Origin: Candidatus Bilamarchaeaceae archaeon
GTDB taxonomy: Archaea; Micrarchaeota; Micrarchaeia; Anstonellales; Bilamarchaeaceae
Assembly (NCBI GenBank): GCA_038851325.1
Contig: JAWCKZ010000001.1
Coordinates: 119,864-183,863, forward strand
Direction: 5' to 3'
DNA: 64,000 bases
This document shows positions 8,025-18,394 of the stretch, piece by piece (the first letter of the stretch is position 1; the number at the start of each line of letters is the position of its first letter). The position numbers were made by a program, and so were the translations under genes. The notes beneath the pieces are model-generated. The model did not search any database. It was given only the letters and a program-made list of their open reading frames with translations, and was not told the DNA's origin.

Positions 8025-9461
8025 ATGCAAATTCCGAAATCAAACTTCTCAGAATGGTACAACGCCATAATAAAGGAAGCTCAACTCTGCGACCTTCGAT
8101 ATGAAGTCAAGGGATTTGTAGTTTTTATGCCCTGGGCAGTTCTTACTATGAACAAAATGTATGAAATCTACGAGAAAGAACTCCAGGCGCGCGGTCATCT
8201 CCCGGCACTCTTTCCTGCGCTCATTCCAGAGCATTACATAATGAGAGAGAGTGAACACGTTGCTGGATTTGTGCCAGAGGTTTTTTGGGTAGCAACGGCA
8301 GGCAAAAACCAACTTGAGGAAAAACTTGCGATGAGACCTACTAGCGAAACGGCTATCTATCCTATGTATGCGCTTTGGATTCATGGAAAGAAAGACCTCC
8401 CGCTTAAGATCTACCAGAGATGTCAGGTCTGGCGATATGAAACAAAAGCCACAAAGCCATTCATACGCTCAAGAGAATTTTATTGGATAGAAACACATAA
8501 CTGCTTTGCCACGAAGGAAGACGCAGAGGACCAAGTTCGTGAGGATATGGAGATGGCAGAGAAGGTTCTTCACGGTGAGTTTGGCGTTCCGTTCCTTTTT
8601 TTCAAGAGACCGCAGTGGGATAAATTCGCCGGAGCAGATGATACCTACGCTGCGGATACGCTAATGCCTGATCGTAGAGTTCTTCAGCTACCATCCACAC
8701 ACATGTTAGGGCAAAATTTTGCAAAAGCTTTTGGTATAAAATATATGGATGAAAACGAGAAAGAGCAGTACGTATGGCAGACATGCTATGGCCCAGCTAT
8801 TTCAAGAATATACGCAGCAGTGATAGCAACTCACGGAGATGACAAGGGATTAGTCCTTCCGTTTGAGCTTGCGCCACTGCAGATTGTCATAGTACCTATA
8901 GTAAAAAAGGATACGGAACAAACGGTCATAAAAAAAGCAAGAGAGTTACGCGACAAGTTGGCTGAACGTTACTCTGTCAAGCTCGATGAGAGTGAGGAAA
9001 CGCCTGGCGCAAAGTACAACTTTTGGGAAATGAAAGGTGTGCCACTCCGAATAGAAATTGGAATGCGTGACATCGAACATAAATCTGTAACTATCTTCCG
9101 ACGCGACATAAGGGAAAAGAAGTTGGTAAAAGAAAACGACATTTTTGAGGAGATAGAAAACATGCGTACAGAGATAAAGGTCGTTTTACGTAAGAGAGCA
9201 GATGAGTGGTTTAAAAAACAGCAGGGAGAGGCTGACACAATCGAGGAGCTCAACAGTGCACTTGAGAGATATGGACTTGTTAAAGTGCCATTTTGCACAG
9301 ATCGCATGGAAGGAGAGAGATGCGCTGATGTTGTTAAAGAAAAATGCCATGCAAATATAAGAGGAACGCTTTACGGAAACAACGAAAGTCCAAAAGGAAA
9401 GAAGTGCATCGGATGCGGGAAAAAAGCTACACTGTATCTATATGCTGCCAGGCAGTATTAA
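8025..9461 (+). CDS. proS: proline--tRNA ligase (archaeal/eukaryotic type)
   Basis: RPTSET, WRYETK.TKPFIR.REF, HGDDKGL, C-terminal Zn domain ending ARQY; GGTG upstream of ATG 8025. Confidence 0.97.
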   Translation: MQIPKSNFSEWYNAIIKEAQLCDLRYEVKGFVVFMPWAVLTMNKMYEIYEKELQARGHLPALFPALIPEHYIMRESEHVAGFVPEVFWVATAGKNQLEEKLAMRPTSETAIYPMYALWIHGKKDLPLKIYQRCQVWRYETKATKPFIRSREFYWIETHNCFATKEDAEDQVREDMEMAEKVLHGEFGVPFLFFKRPQWDKFAGADDTYAADTLMPDRRVLQLPSTHMLGQNFAKAFGIKYMDENEKEQYVWQTCYGPAISRIYAAVIATHGDDKGLVLPFELAPLQIVIVPIVKKDTEQTVIKKARELRDKLAERYSVKLDESEETPGAKYNFWEMKGVPLRIEIGMRDIEHKSVTIFRRDIREKKLVKENDIFEEIENMRTEIKVVLRKRADEWFKKQQGEADTIEELNSALERYGLVKVPFCTDRMEGERCADVVKEKCHANIRGTLYGNNESPKGKKCIGCGKKATLYLYAARQY

Positions 9462-9516
9462 ACATGTTTAGGCAACCAAGGAAAAACTTTTAATCCACAA
9501 CGCCCTAGGCATTATT

Positions 9517-12186
9517 ATGATTACTCAAAAAAGCCTGTTGACTCAAAAGGTTGAAACCTATCTAATCCTCGCAAAGGAAAGCGAGCGCTTTTGGCATTTT
9601 CTTGGTGTTTTCTTAGCCGCTCTCCTTATGCTGAGTACAATCAAATTTTACCCGCTCTTTATTGTCTTCCTCCTCGCTGCAATTTGTGGTGCAATAGCTT
9701 ATTTCAAACCACCCTTGGCTACCATTGCCTCTTTCATTTTTGCATTTCCAGCAGTTGTGTACCAATCGGCAGCATTTGGTTGGATCTTCGCTCTCATACT
9801 TGCCATAGTACTCTTTGAGGCGTTTGAAAACTGGACAATAATAACTGTGCTTCAAATATTGGTAATGGCCCCGTTTGCCTTTGATAGACTTCCGGTATTT
9901 GGTTGGATGTCTATATTTTGCATGCTCGCCTTTTCGTTTCATTTCGGTTCGAAGCGAAGCGCCCTCATTTCTATCCCAGCAGTACTCTCTATTCTTCTTA
10001 TGTCAACTCTTCTCTCCACCGAAAACAGCGCTTTCATGCCAATAAATCTTCGACTATACGCGCCCTATTCCGAATTTATGTTTAAAAAAAATGCGGTAGA
10101 AATAGAAAACCTGAGTAGCGAACTCCTAAAAGCCATAGATCGTTTTTTCAATGCCCAAAACATGGGTTCTGTATTTCTAGCCATAAATTTAATTGCAACA
10201 AACATTTTTACTATTCTCTTCGTTGACTCTGGACTTGTGCAGCTCTTGGGATGGACGACTGTTCTTTTCCTTGCACCCTATCTTTCCGCGCGGCTAAAGA
10301 ACAGGCCGCAGCTGTTCTCCAGCCTTTCGCTTCTTATCTTAATCCCGGTTTACTACTTTGCCGGAATGATTTCTGGCACTGGCCTCCATCTGGGCTTTGT
10401 TGCTGCTGTTATTTTTTCCATTGCGCTTTTTGGGCTTATGGAACACATCGGCTGGCGGATAACCAGAGAGACAGAGCTCCAACGTGCTGAGAAAGTGAAA
10501 GAATACGGAAAGTTTGGATTCAAAGATGTTGGAGCTGTTGCAACAGAGACGCTTGCGGACATAGGTGGTTACGAAAAAATAAAACAAGAACTAAAAGATG
10601 CTATCATGCTACCTCTAGAAAGGCAGGAGATAGCTCATGCATATGGAATGAAACCCCCGTCTGGAATTCTTCTTTTCGGTCCTCCAGGCACAGGAAAGAC
10701 AGCGCTGATGCGTGCGCTCGCACGGGAACTTAAATACAACTTTATAGAAGTAAAGTGCTCCCAAATCCTGTCCCAATGGTATGGTGAATCTGAGAAGAAC
10801 ATCGCAGAAGTCTTTGCTACTGCTCGCAAAACTGCTCCAACAATCCTGTTCTTCGATGAGATAGACACTATAGGAAAGAAGAGGGCTGTGGCCGCGACAG
10901 ATGAGGTAACACCGCGAGTGCTGAGCGCGATGCTTCAGGAGATGGACGGAGCTGTTAAGTCAAAAGCATCTGTAATTGTTGTTGGCACAACAAACATCCC
11001 AAATCAGCTTGACCCTGCCCTTCTCAGACCTGGACGTTTTGACAAGATAATCTACATGCCGCTTCCTGATTTCGAAGGAAGAAAAGCGATATTCAAAGTA
11101 CTTACGAGAAAGCTCCCATTAGATCCTGATGTTGACTTTGACCTACTCGCAAAAAAAACAGAGCGCTTCTCCGGTGCGGACATAAAGAATATAATTACCG
11201 AAGCAAAGAACGCCGCCGCAAAAGAAGCAGCCTCAAAGGGCGTGATTGTGCCGATTGGAATGAGACATATTCTCCCCCTTCTTAAATTTGTAAAGCCAAG
11301 TACCACGTTGGAACAGTTAGCGGAGTATGAAAAATTTAAGATGGACTTTGAAAGAAGCATAGCTGCAAAGGAGAAGAAGCCAGAGATCGAGGAGGTTAAA
11401 TGGAGCGACGTTGTTGGCATGGAGAATATTAAACAGACTTTGCTCGAGACCATACAGCTTCCACTCCTTCACGAAGATCTTATGAAACAGTTCAATATAA
11501 GACCAAGCAAAGGAATACTCCTGTTTGGCCCGCCCGGAACAGGCAAAACATTAATCGTGCGGGCCGCTGCAAATGAATTAAACGCTTCTTTCCAAGCGCT
11601 GAGCGGAGCTGACCTCATGAAGAGAGGGTATTTCTATGCCACAAACGTAATAAAGGAGGCATTCAATCGTGCGAGGGAGAACGCACCGTCGATAATTTTC
11701 ATAGACGAGATAGAAACATTCTTACCAGCACGCGGTGCAAGCTCATCAGAGATGGTCGGGCAGTTCCTCGCGGAAATGGACGGAATAAAGGAATTAAAAG
11801 GGGTCGTGGTTATTGCGGCCACAAACAGACCTGACCTTCTGGACCCTGCCATTCTCAGACCAGGCAGGTTCGACAAGATATTCTACATCCCCCCGCCTGA
11901 TGAAAAGTCAAGAGCGGAAATATTTAGACTTAATCTTGGGGAGTTCGCTAAAGGGATTGATCTAGAAAAACTTGCCAAGCTTACGAATGGCTTCAGTGGC
12001 GCTGATATCGCAGCAATATGCAGAGATGTAAAAATGATGGCTTTACGCGAAAAACTCACTGGAAGAGAACCAAAAATAACGACTGTGATGATAGAAGAGA
12101 TAATAATGCAGCGGCGCCCATCGATAACACCGATGATGCTTAAGCTCTATGAAGCATTTATAGAAAAATACGGCGAACGCAAATAA
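9517..12186 (+). CDS. polytopic membrane protein fused to two CDC48-type AAA+ ATPase domains
   Basis: ~310-aa hydrophobic N-terminus; two GPPGTGKT Walker A, FFDEID/FIDEIE Walker B and two LRPGRFD SRH motifs. Confidence 0.88.
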   Translation: MITQKSLLTQKVETYLILAKESERFWHFLGVFLAALLMLSTIKFYPLFIVFLLAAICGAIAYFKPPLATIASFIFAFPAVVYQSAAFGWIFALILAIVLFEAFENWTIITVLQILVMAPFAFDRLPVFGWMSIFCMLAFSFHFGSKRSALISIPAVLSILLMSTLLSTENSAFMPINLRLYAPYSEFMFKKNAVEIENLSSELLKAIDRFFNAQNMGSVFLAINLIATNIFTILFVDSGLVQLLGWTTVLFLAPYLSARLKNRPQLFSSLSLLILIPVYYFAGMISGTGLHLGFVAAVIFSIALFGLMEHIGWRITRETELQRAEKVKEYGKFGFKDVGAVATETLADIGGYEKIKQELKDAIMLPLERQEIAHAYGMKPPSGILLFGPPGTGKTALMRALARELKYNFIEVKCSQILSQWYGESEKNIAEVFATARKTAPTILFFDEIDTIGKKRAVAATDEVTPRVLSAMLQEMDGAVKSKASVIVVGTTNIPNQLDPALLRPGRFDKIIYMPLPDFEGRKAIFKVLTRKLPLDPDVDFDLLAKKTERFSGADIKNIITEAKNAAAKEAASKGVIVPIGMRHILPLLKFVKPSTTLEQLAEYEKFKMDFERSIAAKEKKPEIEEVKWSDVVGMENIKQTLLETIQLPLLHEDLMKQFNIRPSKGILLFGPPGTGKTLIVRAAANELNASFQALSGADLMKRGYFYATNVIKEAFNRARENAPSIIFIDEIETFLPARGASSSEMVGQFLAEMDGIKELKGVVVIAATNRPDLLDPAILRPGRFDKIFYIPPPDEKSRAEIFRLNLGEFAKGIDLEKLAKLTNGFSGADIAAICRDVKMMALREKLTGREPKITTVMIEEIIMQRRPSITPMMLKLYEAFIEKYGERK

Positions 12187-12188
12187 AA

Positions 12189-13931
12189 CTAAACCTTACG
12201 ACTTCCCTTTCTTTGCAGTTCATACATCTCTTTTACCTCATCGGTTGTTGTCGCTTCTTTCGCGCTTCTATCTTCTCTAAGCCTAAGCATCCGTGGAAAG
12301 CGAAGTGCATAACCCTTATCTTCATGTAGACCGCATGTATGAATAGGTGAAAGTGTTATCTCATCAAATGCGACCTCAACAACATATTCAGGTTCTACCC
12401 AAAAATCCGGCTTTATTCTGTAATCAAGGTCCTTCGGTGGCTCCTTTCGTTTTATCTTGTCAAGCGCTCGCTTTAGCGACACCATTTCCTCCTCGCTAAA
12501 ACCAGAACCTATCTTTGCGACAGTTTCATACTTATTCCTGTCCGGATTATAGACAGCTATCAGAAGACCGCCAAATTTAAATTCAGCCCGTGCTCCCTTT
12601 CCGAGATAATAGCCAACGATTACTCCGTCTATCGTGTCGACCGCTTTTCCATACGATTTCTTCAACTTTATCCATGCAAACTTTCTCTTCCCAGCTGTAT
12701 AAGGAGCATTCAGGTCCTTTGCCATTATTCCTTCAAGTCTTCGATTTATTGCATCTTCAAAGCACTCCTGAAGTTCCTCTGCAGTCTTTACTATTTTTTG
12801 CTCACTCAACTTAAGTATTCCCTCCCTATCTACCGGTATTACTTTCTCAAGCGCAGCTCTTCTCTTACTATACGGCTCCGTTGTGTAATCCTTTCCATTT
12901 AGATAGAGAAGGTCAAAACAGAAAAGATTTAACGGAAGCTCCTTCTTTGCTTCCTCAACACCGTATTTTCTCTTTCTTTGGATCGTCTCTTGAAATGAGT
13001 AGTATCTCCCCTCTTTTTTGTTGTAAGCAAGCGCCTCCCCTTCCAGGATTATTTCCTTCTCTTTCAGTCTTTTTACCGCGTCAACTATCTCTGGGAACAT
13101 ATGGGTCATTCTGTCAAGCCTTCTGGAGTAGAGCTCTACATTCTCTCCGCTTTTGTGTACCTGAAGCCTAAAACCGTCGTATTTTCCTTCGCTTGCGCAC
13201 TCTCCGATTTTTTCTATTATCTCCTCTGGTGTGCTCAACCGTTCCGCCAGAGCAGGCATGAGGGGCTTAAATGGCTGAACGGTGAATCGCTCTACTTTCT
13301 TTTCATCTTCATAGAAAAGCCGTGCGACATAGCCGATGTCTGAGCAGACATCATATGCACGTTCCAATCGTTCTCTCCACGATTTATCCCCAAAGCGTGC
13401 CACTGAGAGCGCATCGAGTATAGTCGGATCACCAACACCAAGACGAAGTCTCCCAAGCACGAAACGTATAATGTAACGCGCTTCAAGAGGACTTGCACTA
13501 TTAAGCAATTCCGCGAGATATCTCTTTTTTAATTCATTACTCCCAGGACCGGAAGTTTTAGCAATTCTCATCAGCGCCTCGTGAAGATAGATGATCGTCA
13601 TCTCTGATTTGCTGAGTGAAAGTTGTTTTTTCTTTTTTAGGAGTTCTTCCGCAGTTATTCCCAAATCGCCTGTTTTCTTAAAATGCGCTTCAACGTCTTT
13701 TTGAGAGTAACCTGTTGCCGATGCTATCGCGTCTATTGCAAACCGCTCACCAAGGCCAAGCTCAATCCCTTCAAATGGTGGCGCAACAACCCCCTGCACA
13801 AAATAAACAAGTTTTTCTATCTCCTTGCTGTCAGCCTTTTTAAAAAGTCCTGCCAACAATCCTGTCATTTCTATTCTTCCGCTTTTGCTCTCAACCTTAT
13901 CAAAAACCTCTGCAACTTCTTTGAAATGCAT
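12189..13931 (-). CDS. lig: ATP-dependent DNA ligase
   Basis: KYDGFR, EGEA, EGIMAK, WIKLK and LRFPR motifs. Confidence 0.97.
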   Translation of the reverse strand: MHFKEVAEVFDKVESKSGRIEMTGLLAGLFKKADSKEIEKLVYFVQGVVAPPFEGIELGLGERFAIDAIASATGYSQKDVEAHFKKTGDLGITAEELLKKKKQLSLSKSEMTIIYLHEALMRIAKTSGPGSNELKKRYLAELLNSASPLEARYIIRFVLGRLRLGVGDPTILDALSVARFGDKSWRERLERAYDVCSDIGYVARLFYEDEKKVERFTVQPFKPLMPALAERLSTPEEIIEKIGECASEGKYDGFRLQVHKSGENVELYSRRLDRMTHMFPEIVDAVKRLKEKEIILEGEALAYNKKEGRYYSFQETIQRKRKYGVEEAKKELPLNLFCFDLLYLNGKDYTTEPYSKRRAALEKVIPVDREGILKLSEQKIVKTAEELQECFEDAINRRLEGIMAKDLNAPYTAGKRKFAWIKLKKSYGKAVDTIDGVIVGYYLGKGARAEFKFGGLLIAVYNPDRNKYETVAKIGSGFSEEEMVSLKRALDKIKRKEPPKDLDYRIKPDFWVEPEYVVEVAFDEITLSPIHTCGLHEDKGYALRFPRMLRLREDRSAKEATTTDEVKEMYELQRKGSRKV

Positions 13932-14022
13932 GAAGGATTAGACCCTAAATAGGTTAAAAAACCTTGCATGTTTTCATTCACACATAATCCCCAGATTTAA
14001 AAAAAGATGGTGAGAGCAACAT

Positions 14023-15798
14023 ATGGAAGTTTCAGCAGTACTTAGTCTCGGAATTGTGCTTCTCTTTGCCACATTGGGCGGTATGCTTTCAGTAAAACTT
14101 AGGCTACCACCGGTAGCAGGCCTTCTCATCGCAGGCATGCTTATCGGTCCGAATGTTTTAAACCTCGTAGAACCAAACACGATAAACATATTCGCAGAGA
14201 TTGGAGCAATTCTTCTCCTTTTCATGATAGGCGTTGAGTTTAGCATAGCAAAAATTCTTTCCATAGGTCTTCGAGCAGTAGTAAGCAGCTCTCTACTTAT
14301 GCTAATGACTTTTGTGATAATGCACGAGGCAGCGATCCTGCTCAATTTTAATCCCATAACTGCATTAGCCATCGCAGCAGTTTTTTCTATGTCGAGCACT
14401 GCTATAATGGTAAAGGTGCTAGAGCAGAAGGGGTTCACAGAAAGATACGAAGTGCCGCTCCTAATTGCCATTCTAATAATAGAGGATATAATCGCGGTAT
14501 TTCTGTTAACCTTTTTTTCTGGTCTAAGGAGCGGTTCGTATGAAGCCGATGAGGTAATAAGCTCTGTGCTCATATCGCTAGGGCTTCTCGGGTTTTGTTA
14601 TGTAGTACTGCTAAAACTTCTTCAGAAGTTTTCTGATATCTTTCTTCGCTATCAAGCTGAGGACACTCTAATGCTCTTTTCATTTTCTCTTGGTATGATT
14701 ATGTCAACTTTAGCATCTCTTCTAGGTTTAGCTCCGTCTATAGGCGCTTTCCTTGCGGGTAGTATTATAGCTGGATTACCTGAAGGAAAAAAATTTGAGG
14801 ATGCCATAAGACCCTTCTCTTTTCTTTTCGCATCATTTTTCTTCCTCTCTATAGGTATGATGATAGACCCGCTCAACACGATTACTAATGCAGGGATCAC
14901 ACTTGTGCTCATAGCCGTATTTATGATAACGGTATTTTTTGCAACAGTATTTGCATTCTTTCTGATAACTGCCAGCGGTCGCTCTGCTGTATTCGCTGGC
15001 CTTGCCATGCTCCCGCTGGGTGAATTCTCTCTTCTTATTGCAAGAGAAAGCGCAGGGATTGCGCAGATAAACCTCATAGATGTCGTTTCAGTTGGTGTTC
15101 TCCTGACGTCTCTCTTTTGCTCACTGCTTTTGAACTATTCAGATGCCGTCTATACTAGAATAAGATGGATGATACCTTTACCACTAATTAGAACGCTAGT
15201 TAACTCATCAAATTATTTTAGAGCGGTTATAAGCGCGTTCGAGCCTAGAGGATATTTTCATAGATTATTTTTAGAAGAAATGAGAGCAGTTGCTATTGAC
15301 ATACTTGGTATCGTTTGCGCTACTCTTATCTTCATGATAATAAAACCGCGTCTCGACTTTATAGTAACAATAGCAAACTATAATATACATGCTAGCATAC
15401 TGGCATTGAGCGTGCTTCTTGTATTCTGTTTCATTCCTCTCGGTAGGCTTTTCGGTTCTTTCAGAAGGCTTTTTGATGCTCTTTCAACCATAATCGCTCG
15501 CACTACTCCAAAACCAACCAAGGAAGCGATACTGCGCAATCTTCTTATCGCAATGGCTCTATTTCTAATTTTTGTCCTCACTCCTGCAACAGTCGAGCTG
15601 CTCTCCCTCCCAAGAATATTTACTCTATTTTCATTCGTCTTTTGCGTATTATCATTCTTCTTTCTCTGGAGTGCACTTCGTAGCGCTGCGCTAACAATTC
15701 AGATAAAACGAGGAAAGCCATTTGAACTACTCGGCACGCATATAGAAGTTCCAAAAGATAGTATGATTATTCTAAAGCCAAAGAAAGAGAGTAGGTAA
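14023..15798 (+). CDS. CPA2 cation:proton antiporter with extra C-terminal membrane segment
   Basis: LLLFMIGVE, SSTAI, IIEDI, GAFLAG, FFFLSIG and GEFS motifs. Confidence 0.85.
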   Translation: MEVSAVLSLGIVLLFATLGGMLSVKLRLPPVAGLLIAGMLIGPNVLNLVEPNTINIFAEIGAILLLFMIGVEFSIAKILSIGLRAVVSSSLLMLMTFVIMHEAAILLNFNPITALAIAAVFSMSSTAIMVKVLEQKGFTERYEVPLLIAILIIEDIIAVFLLTFFSGLRSGSYEADEVISSVLISLGLLGFCYVVLLKLLQKFSDIFLRYQAEDTLMLFSFSLGMIMSTLASLLGLAPSIGAFLAGSIIAGLPEGKKFEDAIRPFSFLFASFFFLSIGMMIDPLNTITNAGITLVLIAVFMITVFFATVFAFFLITASGRSAVFAGLAMLPLGEFSLLIARESAGIAQINLIDVVSVGVLLTSLFCSLLLNYSDAVYTRIRWMIPLPLIRTLVNSSNYFRAVISAFEPRGYFHRLFLEEMRAVAIDILGIVCATLIFMIIKPRLDFIVTIANYNIHASILALSVLLVFCFIPLGRLFGSFRRLFDALSTIIARTTPKPTKEAILRNLLIAMALFLIFVLTPATVELLSLPRIFTLFSFVFCVLSFFFLWSALRSAALTIQIKRGKPFELLGTHIEVPKDSMIILKPKKESR

Positions 15799-15862
15799 AG
15801 AAGGCCGTAGATGAAAGATCGGAAAACCAAATAATTTAAAGCACATTGCGAGTCATCTGTAC

Positions 15863-17101
15863 ATGCTACTTGATTGTCTTGGTGCGTGTCGTGAAGTTGG
15901 AAGAAGCGCATTTATGCTTCATACAGATAGAAAAATTCTTCTTGATTATGGAATAAAGGTCTTTGATGTATCTGGAAAACCCAAGTTTCCCACGGAGGAG
16001 ATAAGACCAGATGTTGCTGTGATAACTCACGCGCATCTTGACCACAGCGGATTCGTGCCTGCACTTTACAAGCACTCAAAACAATTAAGATGGCTTGCAA
16101 CCCCGCCAACGGTTGACATCTGCGAAATTCTTTGGGCGGATTCTATGAAAATAATGAGCGAGGAGCTACCGTACGCTGAGCGGCAGTATAAACTTGCCCT
16201 TAGACAGTGGAGCCCCATCACTTACGGCCAACCGCAATCATTTGGCAATACAACAATAAAAGCAATCGATGCTGGTCATATAGCTGGTGCAGCGATTGTG
16301 GAGATAGAGCATGAAAACAAGAGAATTGTCTATACTGGAGATTTTAAACTGGAGAGCACACACATGCACAAAGGGGCTAGAACAATAAAGGATGTTGATA
16401 TCTTAATAATAGAATCAACATACGCAGATCGAGAACACCCGGATAGATCAGAGACTGAAAAAAGAATAATCTACGAACTCCATGAAACGATAAACGCCGG
16501 CGGTTCTGTCCTTTTTCCAACATTCTCGCTTGGGCGAACGCAGGAATTAATATCCGTAATAAGAAAGCATGATAAAAGCATTCCAATTTTTCTTGATGGT
16601 ATGGGAAAAGAACTAACCAAGATATACCTCAGATATGGCGGCTATATAAGAAATCCAGACGCCTTTAAAGAAGCAGTAGCTAGTATTACTACGGTTGAGA
16701 GCGTGGAGGATAGAGTAAAGGCTATTCGAACGCCAGGCGCTATAATCTCAAGCTCAGGAATGATGATGGGTGGACCTGTGCTCAATTATTTGTTTAACAT
16801 AAACAATCGCTCAAAGATAATATTCACTGGGTATAATGTAGAAGGAAGTAATGGATGGAACCTTCTTAACAAGGGATTCATAATAAAGGACGGTCAACAG
16901 CTACTCGTTGATTTACCTGTAGAATATCTCGATCTCTCTGCACATGCGGGGCGAAGCGATCTTCTCAGATTCATAAAAGAAGCAAATCCTGAAAAAATTA
17001 TTCTTGTTCATGGTGATAAACCAGAAAATTTCGCTGAAGAGTTAAGGGCAAAAGGATACGACGCGGTAGCGCCATCTATAGGTGAGAGGATAGAACTATG
17101 A
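15863..17101 (+). CDS. MBL/beta-CASP ribonuclease
   Basis: EVGRS, THAHLDH, AGHIAG, TGD, ESTY, SAHA and VHGD motifs. Confidence 0.92.
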   Translation: MLLDCLGACREVGRSAFMLHTDRKILLDYGIKVFDVSGKPKFPTEEIRPDVAVITHAHLDHSGFVPALYKHSKQLRWLATPPTVDICEILWADSMKIMSEELPYAERQYKLALRQWSPITYGQPQSFGNTTIKAIDAGHIAGAAIVEIEHENKRIVYTGDFKLESTHMHKGARTIKDVDILIIESTYADREHPDRSETEKRIIYELHETINAGGSVLFPTFSLGRTQELISVIRKHDKSIPIFLDGMGKELTKIYLRYGGYIRNPDAFKEAVASITTVESVEDRVKAIRTPGAIISSSGMMMGGPVLNYLFNINNRSKIIFTGYNVEGSNGWNLLNKGFIIKDGQQLLVDLPVEYLDLSAHAGRSDLLRFIKEANPEKIILVHGDKPENFAEELRAKGYDAVAPSIGERIEL

Positions 17102-17481
17102 ATGAGCACTCCGAATTTTATGTAGAAACCAAGAAACGAATTGAGATTATAGATATAACCTCAAAGGTTGAGGAAAGGATTGGAAGCGGCGATGCTGTTG
17201 TTGTTTTTGTTCCACATGCCACTGCTGCACTGATAATAAATGAATTCGAACCTAACATAAAGGCTGATTACGAGAATTTTTTCTCAAAGATAGCAAAGGG
17301 CGAATGGAAGCACAATGTAATAGATGATAACGCCGAGGCCCACATTCTCGGTGCGCTCATATCACCATCGATAGTAGTGCCTGCGGAAGGTGGAAAACTG
17401 TCGCTAGGAACATGGCAAAGAATAATGCTAGTGGAGCTCGATGGTCCGAGAAAAAGGAGGGTAATCGTGAAGATGATCTGA
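17098..17481 (+). CDS. YjbQ/UPF0047 family protein
   Basis: HATAAL.INE, NAEAH and LGTWQ..LVELDGPR motifs. Confidence 0.92.
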   Translation: MNEHSEFYVETKKRIEIIDITSKVEERIGSGDAVVVFVPHATAALIINEFEPNIKADYENFFSKIAKGEWKHNVIDDNAEAHILGALISPSIVVPAEGGKLSLGTWQRIMLVELDGPRKRRVIVKMI

Positions 17482-17503
17482 ATGCGTGAAGATGATCTGA
17501 ATG
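17466..17503 (+). repeat. 19-bp perfect tandem duplication spanning a stop/start junction
   Basis: CGTGAAGATGATCTGAATG x2. Confidence 0.95.
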
Positions 17504-18394
17504 GTGAGGGAGCGGCTACTCTGGATCGACGTTGTACGAACACTTGCGATCTTCCTTATAGTACTTTTTCATTTTATCTATGAGATAAACCCGGATCAAT
17601 CGCTTCGTTGGATAGGTTATGTTGGTGTTTCGCTTTTTTTTATTGCGAGCGGCTATGTGCTTGCCAAGAACTACCCAGATCTTGAAAATCTCAACCTCAG
17701 TTGGCTCAAGAAAAGATACGTCAGGATAGTATCGCTATATTACCCAACCCTAATCGCAATCGTTCTTCTTTTCTCAACGCAGACGTGGTATAGAGGCATC
17801 CATGATCTAATCCTTCATTTTATCTTCCTGAATTTTGTATCTCACGATACCCTTTATTCGATAATAAGTCCTGCATGGTTCCTTATTCCCTTGATGGGCT
17901 TCTATCTCTTCTTTCCGTATCTTAACCGTTTACTCAAGTGGTCAAAATACATCCTCATTATCGCCTTCCTTCTGATGATCGCAGACAGGATTTTGATTGA
18001 AAAGGGCTGGATCTCCTACTCCCCTCTCTCTTTCCTTGGGGATTTTTGTTTCGGCATAGCGTTCGTTCAAGATAGAAAGAACTTAGCGCTTGCTGCTTCA
18101 GTACTCACAGTCATCGCTAGCCCTCTGATGGCAATTCCATACTTCATCTTTTATCTCATGTCTTCCATCGAACATTGGAATGCAGACCCCTTCGGTATAT
18201 TTTCTACTATAAGCAAGTACACGCTCGAAATATTCCTCTTCCATGAATCTATAATGATGGTATTGCTTAGGAAGTGGAGCATTTATAGCCTTGACATTTT
18301 CTCTTCGCTTGCGGTTCTCATTATCACTTTATCTATAGTTGAAAAGATATCTATTTTGGTTCAACAGTGGCTTTTGCCAAAGATAGATGGTTGA
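17501..18394 (+). CDS. acyltransferase-3 (OafA-like) membrane protein
   Basis: ID..R.LAI..IVLFH, GVSLFF..SGY, KRY.RI and WFL motifs. Confidence 0.85.
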   Translation: MVRERLLWIDVVRTLAIFLIVLFHFIYEINPDQSLRWIGYVGVSLFFIASGYVLAKNYPDLENLNLSWLKKRYVRIVSLYYPTLIAIVLLFSTQTWYRGIHDLILHFIFLNFVSHDTLYSIISPAWFLIPLMGFYLFFPYLNRLLKWSKYILIIAFLLMIADRILIEKGWISYSPLSFLGDFCFGIAFVQDRKNLALAASVLTVIASPLMAIPYFIFYLMSSIEHWNADPFGIFSTISKYTLEIFLFHESIMMVLLRKWSIYSLDIFSSLAVLIITLSIVEKISILVQQWLLPKIDG

